A stretch of 64,000 nt of DNA. Origin: Lytechinus pictus. Lineage: Eukaryota. Positions 39,483-52,379 of this stretch are shown piece after piece. The stretch lies in NCBI RefSeq assembly GCF_037042905.1, contig NC_087246.1:53878001-53942000 (forward strand), read 5' to 3'. The stretch's first letter is position 1. Each line of letters begins with the position of its first letter. The notes beneath the pieces were generated by a model. It did not search any database, was not told the DNA's origin, and saw only the letters and a list, made by a program, of their open reading frames with translations. The translations under genes were made by a program, and so were the position numbers.

Positions 39483-42388
39483 GTTATTCTAAACAATATG
39501 CTCCTCTAAAGTATATCATCAGAAAGGGAAATTCCTTTCTTGAATAAATACCAAAGGTCTAATTGCGAATGGCCGGTAGCATGACGGAACCAACCTTTGG
39601 TCTTGTGCTGATGAAAAATAAAGATAAGTGTATTTAGTACTGCCTAAAAGAAAGGGGTGACTCTTATTATTTCAGATCACACTGGAGGATGGTGGGGGGG
39701 GGGGCATGATCATGTGTGTTTTTGGTGTCTTATCCGTCAACTTTGTTTGATTTTTGGTCAGCGTCATTTACCCCCAATCCTTACTTTTAATGTATTCATG
39801 AGCCGATCGCTAGTCGAATTTGGACAGTTTTAGGCATTATCAACCCCCTTTGATACAGATAGGCAGGCTTGGGGGCACTGTGCCGCCAAAAGTTCCGTGA
39901 CCAAATAAACAAAGATAAATGAAGATAAAACGAAAAGGAAAGAAAAGGAGAGGAAATATCATTGTTAAAATAAATGTTAAAATAAATGTTAAAATCTATC
40001 ACAAGATAGATTTTTAGTTCAAAAGGTCCATTTTTTTTTGCTTGCTCGCGATTTTAATTTTGTCACAATGCGACGTGTTGAGCCCCCCAAAAAACTGTTT
40101 AGCTCATTATGCCAGTGTGTCACACACCGAGGATCTACTAGATGTCTCAAAACAGTTTCAGTTATCAATTTTCCCCACAATGTTTTGTCTGTCTTTTTAC
40201 AATGCGGCGCCACTGACGGGTAGGGGCGGGGGCAGGGGGCGATCGTCCCATTTGATTTTTTTGTGATAAAAATATAATAAAATGAATAGCTCAAAAGGTA
40301 GTGAACCCCGCCAGAAAATGAACACATTTAAAAGTGTTCAAGTTTTGCTAGGTTTTAGATATCTAATTTTGAAGTCAAGTGATAAAATATTACATTTAAT
40401 AAAGATTGTTTCTGTGGGCCCACCGAACATTTAGTATTGTTGTCTACATTCAACTCTCAGCATAATGGAGCGCATTTTGTGCTGGCGATCACTAACTTTT
40501 GAGTACAACTGTACATGTACTATTTCAAATCGCTAGATTTATAATAGAATCATTTATTAAGGCAATGATGTTTCTAAGTCTTACGTCAACCACTCCAAAT
40601 AACTGCTCTGTACTACCTCATGGACAAGATGAAGGTCCAAAGTTGATATTCATTGAACCCTGCATGGGAGTAATACTTACTCCAATATTGAATACTTCCA
40701 CGTCCTACCACTCCCCCTCTCTTACAAGAAAATTATATAATCAAAGTCGATTTCGATTTGAGGGTCCCCATGCCTCCCCAGTGGATTTATCTAAATAACA
40801 AGATCGAAATAAATAAAATCTGTAAGTACGTTCTGCATGTAAATCCACCAATGTATTTAAATGATTCTTCTTCTATCATATGACCAAAATTGGGATTTCG
40901 TATCGACACTTTCAAAGCTCAATATCTGAATTTCTTGATAGTATTTTGTTAATTCAATCCCTTCTGCATTTTTCTTTATTTCTCCATCCTTAAATGGAGT
41001 CTCTCTCATGTACCCCCTCTCTCTTACACACACACACCCACATATCTCACTCACTCTTCCCTCTCTCTCTCCCTTTCCGTCTCTCTCTTTATCTACCCTC
41101 TCTCTCATCATTTTACCACCATCCGAAACACTATCAGCTTCCAATGAAACGAGAGATAACGATCATCAATGAAAATGGCAACACAATCATGTTTGATCAA
41201 TGCAGTAATATAAATTTTATTTCCCAGTATCTACAGTACAGAGAGGTACACACACGTTTGACATGAAACCAAATCAATTTTTGTACCGTTTCAACTTTCA
41301 ACACTAACCTTATAAAATTCATGTAAGCTAACCATGTTTTAATTTCCATATTCAATAAGCTCAACTCATACTGTACTTCATTATAATCTTGGCGCTACAA
41401 ATAATGGTATTTGAGCTAAATATGCACAGTACATGTAGAGATTAATATACAATAACAACCACTTTTCAACATATATGAATGTGTACGGCAACAGGAATTG
41501 TTTTTTTCTAAGTATTTCAGTGAAATCACAATCTACATCCCAGACGGTAATTTTCACAGCAAGAAGTCATCTTCATAAGTATATTGTTGAAAATATTACA
41601 CATGCATTTTCTTATTATTGCAAAGTCATAAAACAATAAATCTCCTGAATATATATTATCCATTGTTAAAATTATACAATTACTACATGCATTTCCTACA
41701 CAATGAGGGGAAATGCAGATAAAAACTTCCTAATATAGGGCAAGGTAATAAGTTTTCTCTGTCATGATATTCATACATTAAAATGATATACAATTTTAAT
41801 GATATAATGAGGAGGATTGGACACTCCATGAGAGCAACATTTCTAGGTTTACGAAATACAGAACATAATTAGTTGATTGTTCCAAATATTAAACACATCC
41901 AAACTGATGTAATAAACAGAACCCATGTGCCGGTGTCCCCATCTACATGTATTACAAAAATACTTCTCTCCAAGCAGAGTAATACAGAAACTACAAATAC
42001 AATGAATGAAGGGCATCATTTATTTAATTTTTTTAACTTCTTGTTTGATATTCATTCTAAAAACTATGTTATAAAAGGACCCCCAAAACAACTGAGAGTT
42101 ATTACTGTTATTTCTAGAAAAAAATTATTCAATCAATACGATAAATTAATACTGTTATTAGTATTGAATAATATATCATCATTGATAAATCAATAGTCCC
42201 TTCATACAATCCTTTGCTTTCAGTGAACTTACACTCTTTTGATTTACTTGTCATACGTGTATATAATTCAGTCAGGAAATAAATAAATATTTTGTAACGA
42301 GACTTTTCATGAGTAAATTATGCAAAACCAATCTCATTTTCACCCATTAAGAGTGCAGGAAATCCTATAGTTAAATATGGAACTTTGT

Positions 42389-42675
42389 GGGGGCATCGTG
42401 GTCTAGTGGTTATGACTCATGTCATTCAATCTGAGCGACATGGGTTCGATTCCCAGCCATGGCATGTTTTCCTTCAGCAAGATATTTACCCACATTGTGC
42501 TCAATGTGCTGCACTCAACCCAGGTGAGGTGAATGGGTACCTGGTAGGAAGTAATTCTTCAAATGCTAGAGCACCTGTAGGCAGCATGTCTGTAGCTAGG
42601 GTAATAATAATAGTATTATTGTAATGCACAGAAATTGCGCAATATAAATGTACAATTAATATTCATTATTATTAC
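42389..42675 (+). mobile_element. tRNA-derived SINE
   Basis: Pol III A box TGGTCTAGTGG and B box GGTTCGATTCC; central ACCCAGGTG..AATGGGTACC domain; (ATT)n tail; homologous to 63401-63675. Confidence 0.8.
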
Positions 42676-44614
42676 TATGATTACTTGAATAATAATTGCC
42701 TTTTACCATCTGCTTATCAATCTGCTCATTAAGAAAGATACCGCAATACCCATCAACATCAAATACATATAAAATTAGTATATATAATTGGATAAAACAC
42801 ACAAAATAATACAGTAAAGTTACCACCACGCATTAATCACATGATCAACATCTGATGTGGACGGATGTTTGCTTAACAATTGTCACACAGAGTACATGCA
42901 TTTCTAATAAATCATTCATTATCACATTACATAAACCAAACATCACATGTTTATCATATCAATTATTCCAGGCAGTATTAGTTGCAGAATTAATGTAAAA
43001 TCATAACAAATTATACACATACAGTATATATATGCATTATATACAAAATAAATTTCATCTGTATACGGTATATATATTATACAATCAATTTCTTTCAAAA
43101 ACAAGATTTACAATTAATTCTGATGGTTTTTCATCAAATCTAATTTGTGCACTTTGCTCCTCAGGTAGTGGACAAAGTATGAGTATCTTGTGCGTCAAGC
43201 TGGCATCCAAGAACAAGAGTAATAATCCTCATTATTTGGCTGTTCTTGTGTTTGTATTCATCTGTTTATATGAGCTTGCTTTTCTCAGTGACTGGCTGCC
43301 AAATCATTTTTATTAGCCTATTCCTATTTCGAAACCTGAAGGTTTTCATGGCAAACTCTAATTTACATGATTTAATCCATTTGGGGGTTCAAATTTCAAA
43401 ATACAAGAGTTTGCATTTGGTGATTCAGCAGTGAGTGGGAATCCTTCATAGAGTTCAATAGCCCTTTTACCAAATGAACATCAGCTCACACACATGCAAA
43501 GATATTGTATGCATCATAGTTGCATATCTCAATTGAAAGTATCAAATAGAGAATGAGACATGATTGTAAAATGATCAATGTATAAATAAGTTTTTAAAAA
43601 TTGTTTTGTTCAGTGTCAGAAGTGACAGAAAAACAATATTCATTCAGAGTGCAGACTTGAATAGGCCATGTAAGATCTGTAGGTCACCCTTATATGTAAG
43701 TACAATAAATAAAGATGACAAATGGAAGACGTATACCTATCACTTGTTGACCTACCCAACAGCCAAGTATAGAATTATAGCTTTAGTGAGCTTATTTTTC
43801 AGAAGTCCCCAATTTTCATGTACCTTGTCCATAATTTCTTACTTTAATCATCCCTTTTTTCCGATTTTTTTCTTCATGCAAATGATTTTATCAAAAAGAA
43901 TGGATTGCCAATTAATTAACTACATGTAAGTCCTACTACCATTAAAAAATTTTCTATCTGCACACTCCCATCCAGCAAGCATTTTGAAGAAGCTTATCTT
44001 TGTGCGAGTGGGAACATATAAAATATTACAATGTACTGAACATCACTACTGAATGCTAGCATATTTATGCCGGATACCTGCGTTACTTTTCATAATAGAT
44101 CATTAAAACATAATTCATTCACATCCTTACCATACACTTAAGTACCAGCAAATGAAATTGACTGCCCGTACCTACATAATACCGGTATGCTTCTTAAAAG
44201 TATGGCATGAATGCCCATAAAAGTTAAAAATAAGAATAGCAAAGAATAAACTAGATTCCCTAGGTAAATCTGAGACAGCTAAGTACTTATTTGTTTTACT
44301 CAAATATTAAACAAAAAGAAATAACATCACTGATTAGTTCACAATACGAATAAAAAAAGTACCATATATGATTTACCCATGAAATTGTGCTACATTCTTG
44401 AAAAGTACTCTATACATAGAATCCAACTTCCTAGAAATTAAATAAATCATTCCTATAATTTGGATTGATATCAATTGTAGGTCTATGGTGAACCATGTAT
44501 AAACAGGTTAAAATTGGTAAAATTGATTACAATATGTTGAAGAACACTGATAAGGTAGATGGAAGTGTAGGCATCATAAAAGAAAGTTAAGTAATATCAT
44601 TATTCTGGCCCAGG

Positions 44615-47600
44615 TCACGACTGAGATGTAGTAGATTTGAAGAGAGTGGCCATAATAGGAGGGGGATCCTTATCTCCGTTGTGAGGTATCGCTTCAAGAC
44701 GTTGAACATAAGAGGAAGGAACTCGCGATTGTTTGGCGCCCTCTATCAAAACTTTCATGTAATGCGGTGAGGGAGCCATCTCCTCTACATTGTCATCAAG
44801 TTGATAAGTGCGACAAACATGACTGCTGCCTTCTGGTGTTGTCACGGTAACATCCAGGACGCTGTATTCACTTTCTTGACTGAAATTATGAGTGAATAAT
44901 CAAAGATATTGATGTTATCAAGTAAAAATCAAGGTTAAAGAAATGACCAGTTAACTTATCCTTCAGCTAATAATTTATCTTTCTGAAGTGATCTGATAAT
45001 GGCTTAATCAAAATGCAATAATTCAGACATCATTGCTTCAACTGTCAAATTTAGATAAAATAACATAATCCTGAAACTCAAGGGTGACAATAAGAATGGT
45101 CTTCAATGACAATTTTTCTATTAGTGAAGCCTCCGATAATAAAATCTACTCTCGGGAAAAGGATAAAGCAGATGACACTAAAAATGTCAATAAAAGTCTT
45201 TGTATTTCAATTGAAGCTACTGCAATTAAAATGATTTGAAAGTACAAATTTTGCTTGTACTATTCCAATTTTTATCGAGATTATATAATAATTTTAATAA
45301 AACCGGGTTATAGGATGTAGCCAACCATGGGTGCATATTATATGCAAGTAATGAGTTCCTACGTCATATATACACAACTCTCCAACTGTGCATTTTTTTG
45401 TACAGCACTGCATTTGGATGCATTGGTAAACCTCTAATTCGTAAAACCACGTGACACACTAATTCATTAAAAAAGAAAGCCATGGCTAGGATTTTGGATT
45501 TTGATGATGCCTTAACTCGGGCACGTATCATACTGACTCAACTTTTGGTGTCAAATTAGAAAACGGAATAGGGCCTATTTGTATTATCTGTGGAATTTTT
45601 CAGGGCTTTTAACAAATTGCCTAGTTTTATAAAACAAATAATGTACAGGTTTAATGATGGTGTTGTGAATGATGGTCATGCTGGTGACAACACAGGTAAG
45701 CTCTTTGGTATGTTATGCTATTTGAAGCACTTGCACGTACAGTCATGCGTATACAGTTGAGGCCAGAAGTTTACATACACCCAGGAAATTCAAAGAAAAG
45801 TTGACAGTTGCCAAACATCATAAATTTACTGTATCTTATAAAATATTTGTGCTATCATGACGAATTTGATAGCGGACAGAGGAGTATGTCATGCCCCTTC
45901 ATCACATCGCTTTGTCATCAGGAGATGAAAAATATTTAGGTGTCATTTTTTCCCAAAAAATCTTCATATTTTAGACAAATTAAAAGTAAAAACTTGACAA
46001 AAACATCTCATATTTGTGCTAGTTACTTCTCAACACAAACATTTCAGATTACACCTTTTTGTTCAGTTGTGACATATCATGATAGAAAATGTAATATAAA
46101 TCATAGATTTGGAATTTATATATTTCTATGAAATTATGTTTGAAAGTGTAATAACAAACAATAGAATACATTTGACAGGAATATTACTTCTTTTCTTCAA
46201 AGAAAATTCCACCTGAAATATACTTTAATCCCAATGTCATCCCAATCATGTGAAAGAGCCTAATACGCTCTTTCATTTGATACCAAATTCGTCATGGTAG
46301 TATTTATTTTTCTGAAAATATAGTACATTTTACAATGTTTGGCAAGCGAACAAATTTCATTGAATTCCATAGGTGTATGGAAACATTTGGCCTCAACATG
46401 TAGATACCTGCAAGTTTGCTGTATAGCTACTTACAGACTCTAAACTATGCATTATTCTTTATTTAAATAAAGAGCTCTATGAAACAACTGTAGACATAAT
46501 AAAAGTAAACATAAAATGCTTAATAGATAGATGACCCACCTATCTAGGTGATCTCGGTCTGATATATGTAGTCTCCACACTACACCCCATAGATGATCAC
46601 CTGGAGCTTTCTTGATAGTAGCAGGAGCACCTTTCCAGTAACCTATCCAATCAGGATAGGCATGAAAACACAGCTTATAACCCTACATAAAAGACAATTA
46701 GTAGGGCAATGAGATGGGGGTGGGGAATCAAATACATCTCAATATGTGTGAGCATGGTGATCTAGTGGTTCTTGCTCTCGCCTGTCAATCAGAGGGTCGT
46801 GGGTCTGAATCCCAGGTATGATATTATTTCTAACGTGGAGAAGATTTACGGTTCACCATGTGTAATATGAAGAAGGGAAGGAAATATAGGCAGAAATATT
46901 GAAATTGAAAGACGAGATAGGATGAAAAGAGGAAATTAGAAGTATTCTTTCTTGAAAGTGAGTGAAGTCCTGAAAAGGACTGTAAACCAGATGAGATGAG
47001 CTGAATATGGCTTGAGTAGCGATGGTTTGAGTAGTAGCAGGATGAAGTGAAGTGCTACTACTCAAACCATCGCTACTCAAGCCATATTCCAGTTTGCAAA
47101 CATTACATGTTACTATGTTTGCAAAGCATCTGACTAGCATTCAGGTTGCCAAGAACAATCTTTGTTTAATGATTTATAATACTCCCTCATGGACTAAATA
47201 AGATGCTATGAAGGAATCCCCCCAAAGGAGGATAAACATAGCTTGGACTTTTCTTCGGTACCTATAGTGTATAAAGCCATGGTGACTTTCACCGACAGGT
47301 GACATAAGCTACTGTAATTTAATCTCCACATTGGCTGAGAGCAACTTACTTAGTGAAAACCACTGACAAAACTCTATCATGAAACAGTAAAATAAAAATC
47401 TTAAAATTCATTTTGGGTGCGTTCAATGTCGGTTTCCAAATTTAAACTGCAACATGAATGGTGATTACAAAATGCTGATATAATGAGAAACAAACGATGT
47501 GTTCAATATCCTCCATTCCCAGTCGTAAAAATAAACGTCTCTCAAATCACGATTCAGAGGAAAATTTAAACGTCGAAAAAGATGCGTTTGCAAATGCGAT

Positions 47601-48311
47601 CAGCTCAAATTTACGACCTTGAGCATCACGAATGCGATATTGAACACAATTGCGTTTTGAAACGTCTTTAAATTTGCAGTCGCACTGGAAGCCAACAAAA
47701 ACAGGAGCCAGAACTGACCTTTCTTGTGATGGGTCAAACTGAGCACTAAAGCTGCATTCACGAAAGCGGGAAATTTAAAGACGATCAACATATAAACGGC
47801 TTTATATTTTCGACAATGAACGGTGCACCGCTGATCGTGTTTGTGTTCGGTCTTTTGGAATTGAGTTTTTAATCATGATTCATGTTGCTGTTTAAATTTT
47901 CAAATCGACATCGAACACACCCTTACTTTGGGGATCTTAGGTGGCTGTTCACAAATTATCATTTTCAGTTACCATAGTTAATCATAGACCAGTACTGCAA
48001 ATCAAAATCAAGGATTTCACTGAAATTGTCCACTTTCATGAAAATTCCCTGTAATTACTACCGTGCTAAAAATGAAAGTGAGAATGTACCTCAAGTTTAG
48101 CTGGACCAACTAGCTGCGCAGTAGGATTGTGCACATGAATCCTAGCTTTCAACATGTTGCTACCGTACCCAAAGTAGAGGAAGGTATCATCACTACTCCT
48201 GATAATAAATGACAATAAAAGAAAATAGAAATAATAATGCAGCTTATCTACTCTGCACAGAGTTCTCAAGACACTGGACTCATACTTTATTCCCACTGTC
48301 GTGCAATCCAT
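44615..48311 (-). CDS. GGCT-like paralog B, ~180 aa
   Basis: complement join(48311-48286,48198-48090,46682-46540,44879-44615). MDCTTVGIKSSDDTFLYFGYGSNMLKARIH...HLWGVVWRLHISDRDHLDSQESEYSVLDVTV...CRTY...PSPHYMKVLIEGAKQS. The first mini-exon is less certain than the others. Confidence 0.87.
45754..46400. mobile_element. Tc1-like MITE in a GGCT-B intron
   Basis: TA|CAGTTGAGGCCAGAAGTTTACATACACC ... GGTGTATGGAAACATTTGGCCTCAACATG|TA. Confidence 0.75.
46749..46830 (+). mobile_element. Degenerate tRNA-SINE head (another remnant at ~14687-14790)
   Basis: GGTGATCTAGTGGTT...GTGGGTCTGAATCCCAG resembles the head of the 42389 copy. Confidence 0.45.
47415..47922. mobile_element. PIF/Harbinger-like MITE
   Basis: ~45-bp imperfect TIR GGGTGCGTTCAATGTCGGTTT... 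/ ...AAATCGACATCGAACACACCC; flanks TTT/TTA. Confidence 0.6.
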
Positions 48312-48568
48312 TATGATTGACCTTTTGTAGCTGATCGCAAATGTTTTTGAGCCATCCAAATTTTTTCTTCAATCAAAATGATTGCCACGACCGACCTCAA
48401 GATCTGATACGATCACTACGATTATTCCACGATTTAGACCATGGTTTCAATCGTGGCGCGAATCACGACAGTAGGGCTAGGTATCGCAAAATTAGAGAAT
48501 TCTATAGTCAAGGGGATATATGTATTTCAGACTAATATTTTGTACCGAATGTATCTGGGATACCACAT

Positions 48569-48670
48569 GGATCTGTCCACGGAGGATTATCAATTGTTAC
48601 TAGGAGTGCTGTGATAGTGCTCAGCAGTGCACCCCCAGTAACAATACAATAATCCTCCGTGGACAGGTCC
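48569..48670. repeat. ~100-bp hairpin between GGCT-A and GGCT-B
   Basis: GGATCTGTCCACGGAGGATTAT / ATAATCCTCCGTGGACAGGTCC (21/22 paired), with an inner TTGTTACT/AGTAACAA stem. Confidence 0.7.
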
Positions 48671-49124
48671 CTGGGACACAATGGAACTCACTTTTGTGTT
48701 CAAACTCAGCCCAGTATAATTACTCATCCAATAACAGGTTGACTGTTGCAATGGGCTATGGCATCATACAGGACACCCACAGTGTCGTGCCAAACACTAA
48801 CATGATGGATAAACTAACAATCTTTGGGGGCAGTGTTACAGCTCGCCGTCTCTCTACAAATTTGTGCTTCATGACATAAGTTAACAAGAAGAACAAGTTT
48901 CTACTTTTAATACACATGTGACAAAGGAACAGATTGAGGTACAAAATGAAGAGCCAATAAATTGTCCAGAGTGAATTAAGCACCATTTAAGTATCTAAGT
49001 GTCAATCTATTGTTGATCAAATATCAATTATGCATGAAATTCACTAGTATGTGTAATAAAACATCTCAATTAGTGTAATTTAAGTGTAAATCAAATGTCA
49101 GTTAAGTATTAATCTGTACATTTC

Positions 49125-52100
49125 TTACTCGGTATCGATTAAATTCATGATTTCCACCTGTCCGCTGTATCCGTTATCCTCAATCGATCTCAGCCATTCA
49201 AGGTAATACTCAGGGAGAGAGTTTTGATCGGCCCCTTTCCTGATCACATCCATGTATTGAGGTGAAGGGGTGCTCTCCTTAAAGTCTATTATGCTGTATG
49301 TCCAACATGTATGACGGGTACCATCTTGTGATGTCACAATGACTTCCTTTCGTCTGTAAACAACGCCTTTACCCTCTTGACTGTAGTGAGTTAATACAGA
49401 ATACAATGGAGAGATAATAGGGAGCTATGTAGCATTTGTAAGAAATTATACACATTGATATTCTGATTGAGTTTTATTAAGTACTCATTCAAATATTTGC
49501 AAAAGTATATTACACAAATGAATGACACAAACTACAAATACATAGAATTTAAAAGAAAGACCACAGAAATTTTGAAATCTTGAATACAACTAGTGTAGTA
49601 AGTTTCAAAGGTACACCATAAACTTGACGTTTCGACAAGTGTGTTCTTGTTGTCTTCATTTATTTTCCCAAGAATTTAAATGAGAGTTGAGTTATCATCC
49701 AAGTTGCTAGAAATCTGGGGTTTTCTATTAAAGCTTTCTTGTGTATACATGCTAAATTCAGGTCGCATTAACTGCAAACAATCAACCAGTTTAATGACAT
49801 ACTGCAGTTTATCTATGATTTAAAAAAAAAGGTCGATGACAACCTGAAAGCTTGCCACACATAGCCAAAAGTAATATTTACGAACTGGATAAACTACTCT
49901 CAGGTAAAAAAAAAACAATTATATACCGTATTACTTCATGTATAATAAATCATTGTACATTACTGCATCTCTATTATTAAGTTGTAGGATTGTAAATTAC
50001 TAAATCTCTATTAGGTTGTAGGATTATTACCTACAAATAAATTTGAGTAACCAGACCTACATAACAATAGAATCAACTTACAAATCCAGACTTGCGAGAT
50101 CCTTTTCCTCCAATCTCCACACTATGCCCCACACAGAACTCCCATTCCTTTCTTCAACAGTAGCGACACCACCATGCCATCTATCACTCATCCATTCGCT
50201 TTGTCCTCCAAAACATAGCTTGTGATCCTGAAAAATTGAAAGACAAGCCACAAGAAAGATCACACCATTTGAATAGAAATTATTATGAAGCACTTTTAAA
50301 GTTTCCTAATTAATGTAAGACAGGTCTTTCTTGCCTCTTGGCATGAATGAAAACAATGAAATCAAGTCCAAGACAAGAGGAATTGGATGAGTGGGTCGTC
50401 AACGTCATCATCATTCATGGTTGTGGGGAAAAAGGGAAGATATTACAGCCTCTAACTTAGACCAAGAGCTTCGGTCTCTGTTATGTTGGTTGTTCCGCTG
50501 AACTCTGTTGGCTCCACTCACCAAATACAGAGACCAAAGTTCTAGCTTGATCTGTACAGGGACTCAATGGCCATATGTTTACATATCAAGTTCGGATAAA
50601 ACTGGGAAGGGAAGTGAAGTTGCGCGACAGCTGAAGTAAGTCACTGGTTTTCCCACTTTTAAGTTTATTTTCCCCCGTTTTGGTGCATTTCAGGCCAAAA
50701 CGGAATAATTTCTATTTGGGTAGTTCTTTTTATATATGTTTATGAAATAAAGACAAAAAATCGATGAGCCCCGTCGGGGGGATTTTGCATTGTTAACCCG
50801 TCTGTGTACGAGGAGAAATTAAAAAAAAAATGTTTAAAAACTCCTCGAAACAGACGGCTGCCAGCTGTCTAGATCTACCTCAGTCTTACTTAGAGAGGTA
50901 GATTTACACATTTAAAATATTATTCTTCTTGAAATTAATTCTCATTTGTAAAATGTTTTATTATTAAAAGGTAATTAGTATCAACTATAATTAAGCCTAG
51001 GCTAGACATAGGATGGGGAGTCGGGTGTCCGGACAGTTTATATTCTTGAGGCCTTCTTTTTTGTCTTTGGATTGCACTAAAAATATGAATTCGATAGTTG
51101 TAATCATCTTATATTTTGTTCTCTATAATATTTCCTAACATTTTGTAATAAAAATTGATGAAATTTCACTTGTAAATTTTTCCAAATGACGTTCTAAATT
51201 GATCGTCCGGACACACAACAACTGGGTATACCAGTAGTATGGTAGTGGATCGTATTACCGAACGCTTTTCATGAATTCAATCATATCAAACACATTATTC
51301 TCATAAAATTCACCAAACTTTCACCATAAATACACAATTACCTACAAAATATAAATATGTAAAAATTTTGCCGAAATCGTTTTTCCTTTTTACGATATTA
51401 GCTTCCAATCGGACCCCTCTTCGCATGTGAAATATTTTGGTCACTTGAAAAAGGTATCGTATTACCGAACATGTGTTATCTATGGGAAAATTTGAGAAAA
51501 CAACAAAATCACTGATTAGCTATTTTGACCATATTTTATTATTCTAAGAATATTAAGACTTTGAAAATGTGTTTTTTTACAATTTTTCATCATCTTTCTA
51601 TTCAAGTTCTCTTTGGAAGGATGTTGCAAAATTTTGAGCGTATGAAATTATTTTCTGATGCGTATGATGCGCGCATTCGGTAATACAAGGCCGGTCGGTA
51701 ATACAATTACTCACTATACACCCGAATATCGCCCGGTAGGATGGGGGGTTGGGTGTCCGGACACGTAACAGAAATGAAGCCTTGTTTTTATCTCAGGAAT
51801 AAACCAAAAATATAGGTTGAATAGTTTTTTTTCACCATCAATATTTGTTCTTTATAATATTTTCTTATATTCTGTGCTAAAAAGAATTAAAGACATTGCT
51901 TGTAAACTTTTCAAAATTGAGAGTAACGTCATGTGTCCGGACACCCAACCCGTCCGGACACACAACCACTGGGTACAGGCCGCTATCTACGGTGAGCCAA
52001 ACGACAGTCACTTAACGCCCAACGCTGCGGGAGGACTGTCTGTTGAGTTCCGATGAAATAAAATTGTTTTACCTTTAATTCTGCGACGTCAACAAAAACA

Positions 52101-52198
52101 GCAGACGGGTTTTTCAAGTGAATTCTCTCTTTCATTAGATTACTGCCATATCCATAATACAAAAATGTGCCTTCAGACCCTCTTGAAGTTTCGTCCAT
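49125..52198 (-). CDS. GGCT: Gamma-glutamylcyclotransferase, canonical copy A, 175 aa
   Basis: complement join(52198-52073,50227-50082,49380-49125). FLYYGYGSNLMKERIHLKNPSAVF, WHGGVAT, VWGIVW, LDFQEG (catalytic Glu), PSPQY...GA.QN.LP..Y closely match vertebrate GGCT motifs. Confidence 0.92.
50458..50871 (+). mobile_element. TAGAC...GTCTA element, copy 3, in GGCT-A intron 1
   Basis: Colinear with 3556-3986; flanks CCTCTAACT/GATCTACCT (6/9). Confidence 0.75.
51007..51977. mobile_element. Two direct copies of a TGTCCGGACA-bearing MITE (51007-51230, 51737-51977) flanking a GTATTACCGA-bearing MITE (~51235-51718)
   Basis: The two outer copies share the start TAGGATGGGG.GT.GGGTGTCCGGACA and the end GTCCGGACACACAAC.ACTGGGTA. 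The middle segment has inverted GTATTACCGA/TCGGTAATAC motifs. Confidence 0.6.
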
Positions 52199-52379
52199 GC
52201 TTGCTATCTCAACTTTGTTATCGTCAAACGCAAAGTGTTATCTGCGGAACGGCGACGTCAACCAGACTAAATCATTGGTCGATATCGATCGAGCTAGCTA
52301 GCTGCGGTTGTGATTATAAAGTTTTAAACAAGAGATGGTGCTAAACAACCTACCGCACCTACCGCAGACGTACAGACTG

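Noticed and set aside
42389-42465. Possible tRNA gene (also ~63600-63675)
   Set aside because: A and B boxes are present, but the sequence continues into a shared SINE body and tail, with no clean cloverleaf.
40400-44600. A fifth GGCT copy or another hidden gene between B and C
   Set aside because: I found no GGCT motifs or convincing exons by eye. AT-rich, probably UTR or intergenic; a tBLASTn would be needed to exclude decayed remnants.
48692-48727. MSNYTGLSLNTK + GTGAGT as the first coding exon of GGCT-B
   Set aside because: It ends in phase 0, whereas the acceptor at 48198 needs phase 2; the 48311-48286 exon fits. It may still be a non-coding exon donor.
32458-52198. GGCT copies as haplotype or assembly duplicates
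   Set aside because: The proteins and introns are highly diverged with different exon lengths, so they are true paralogs.
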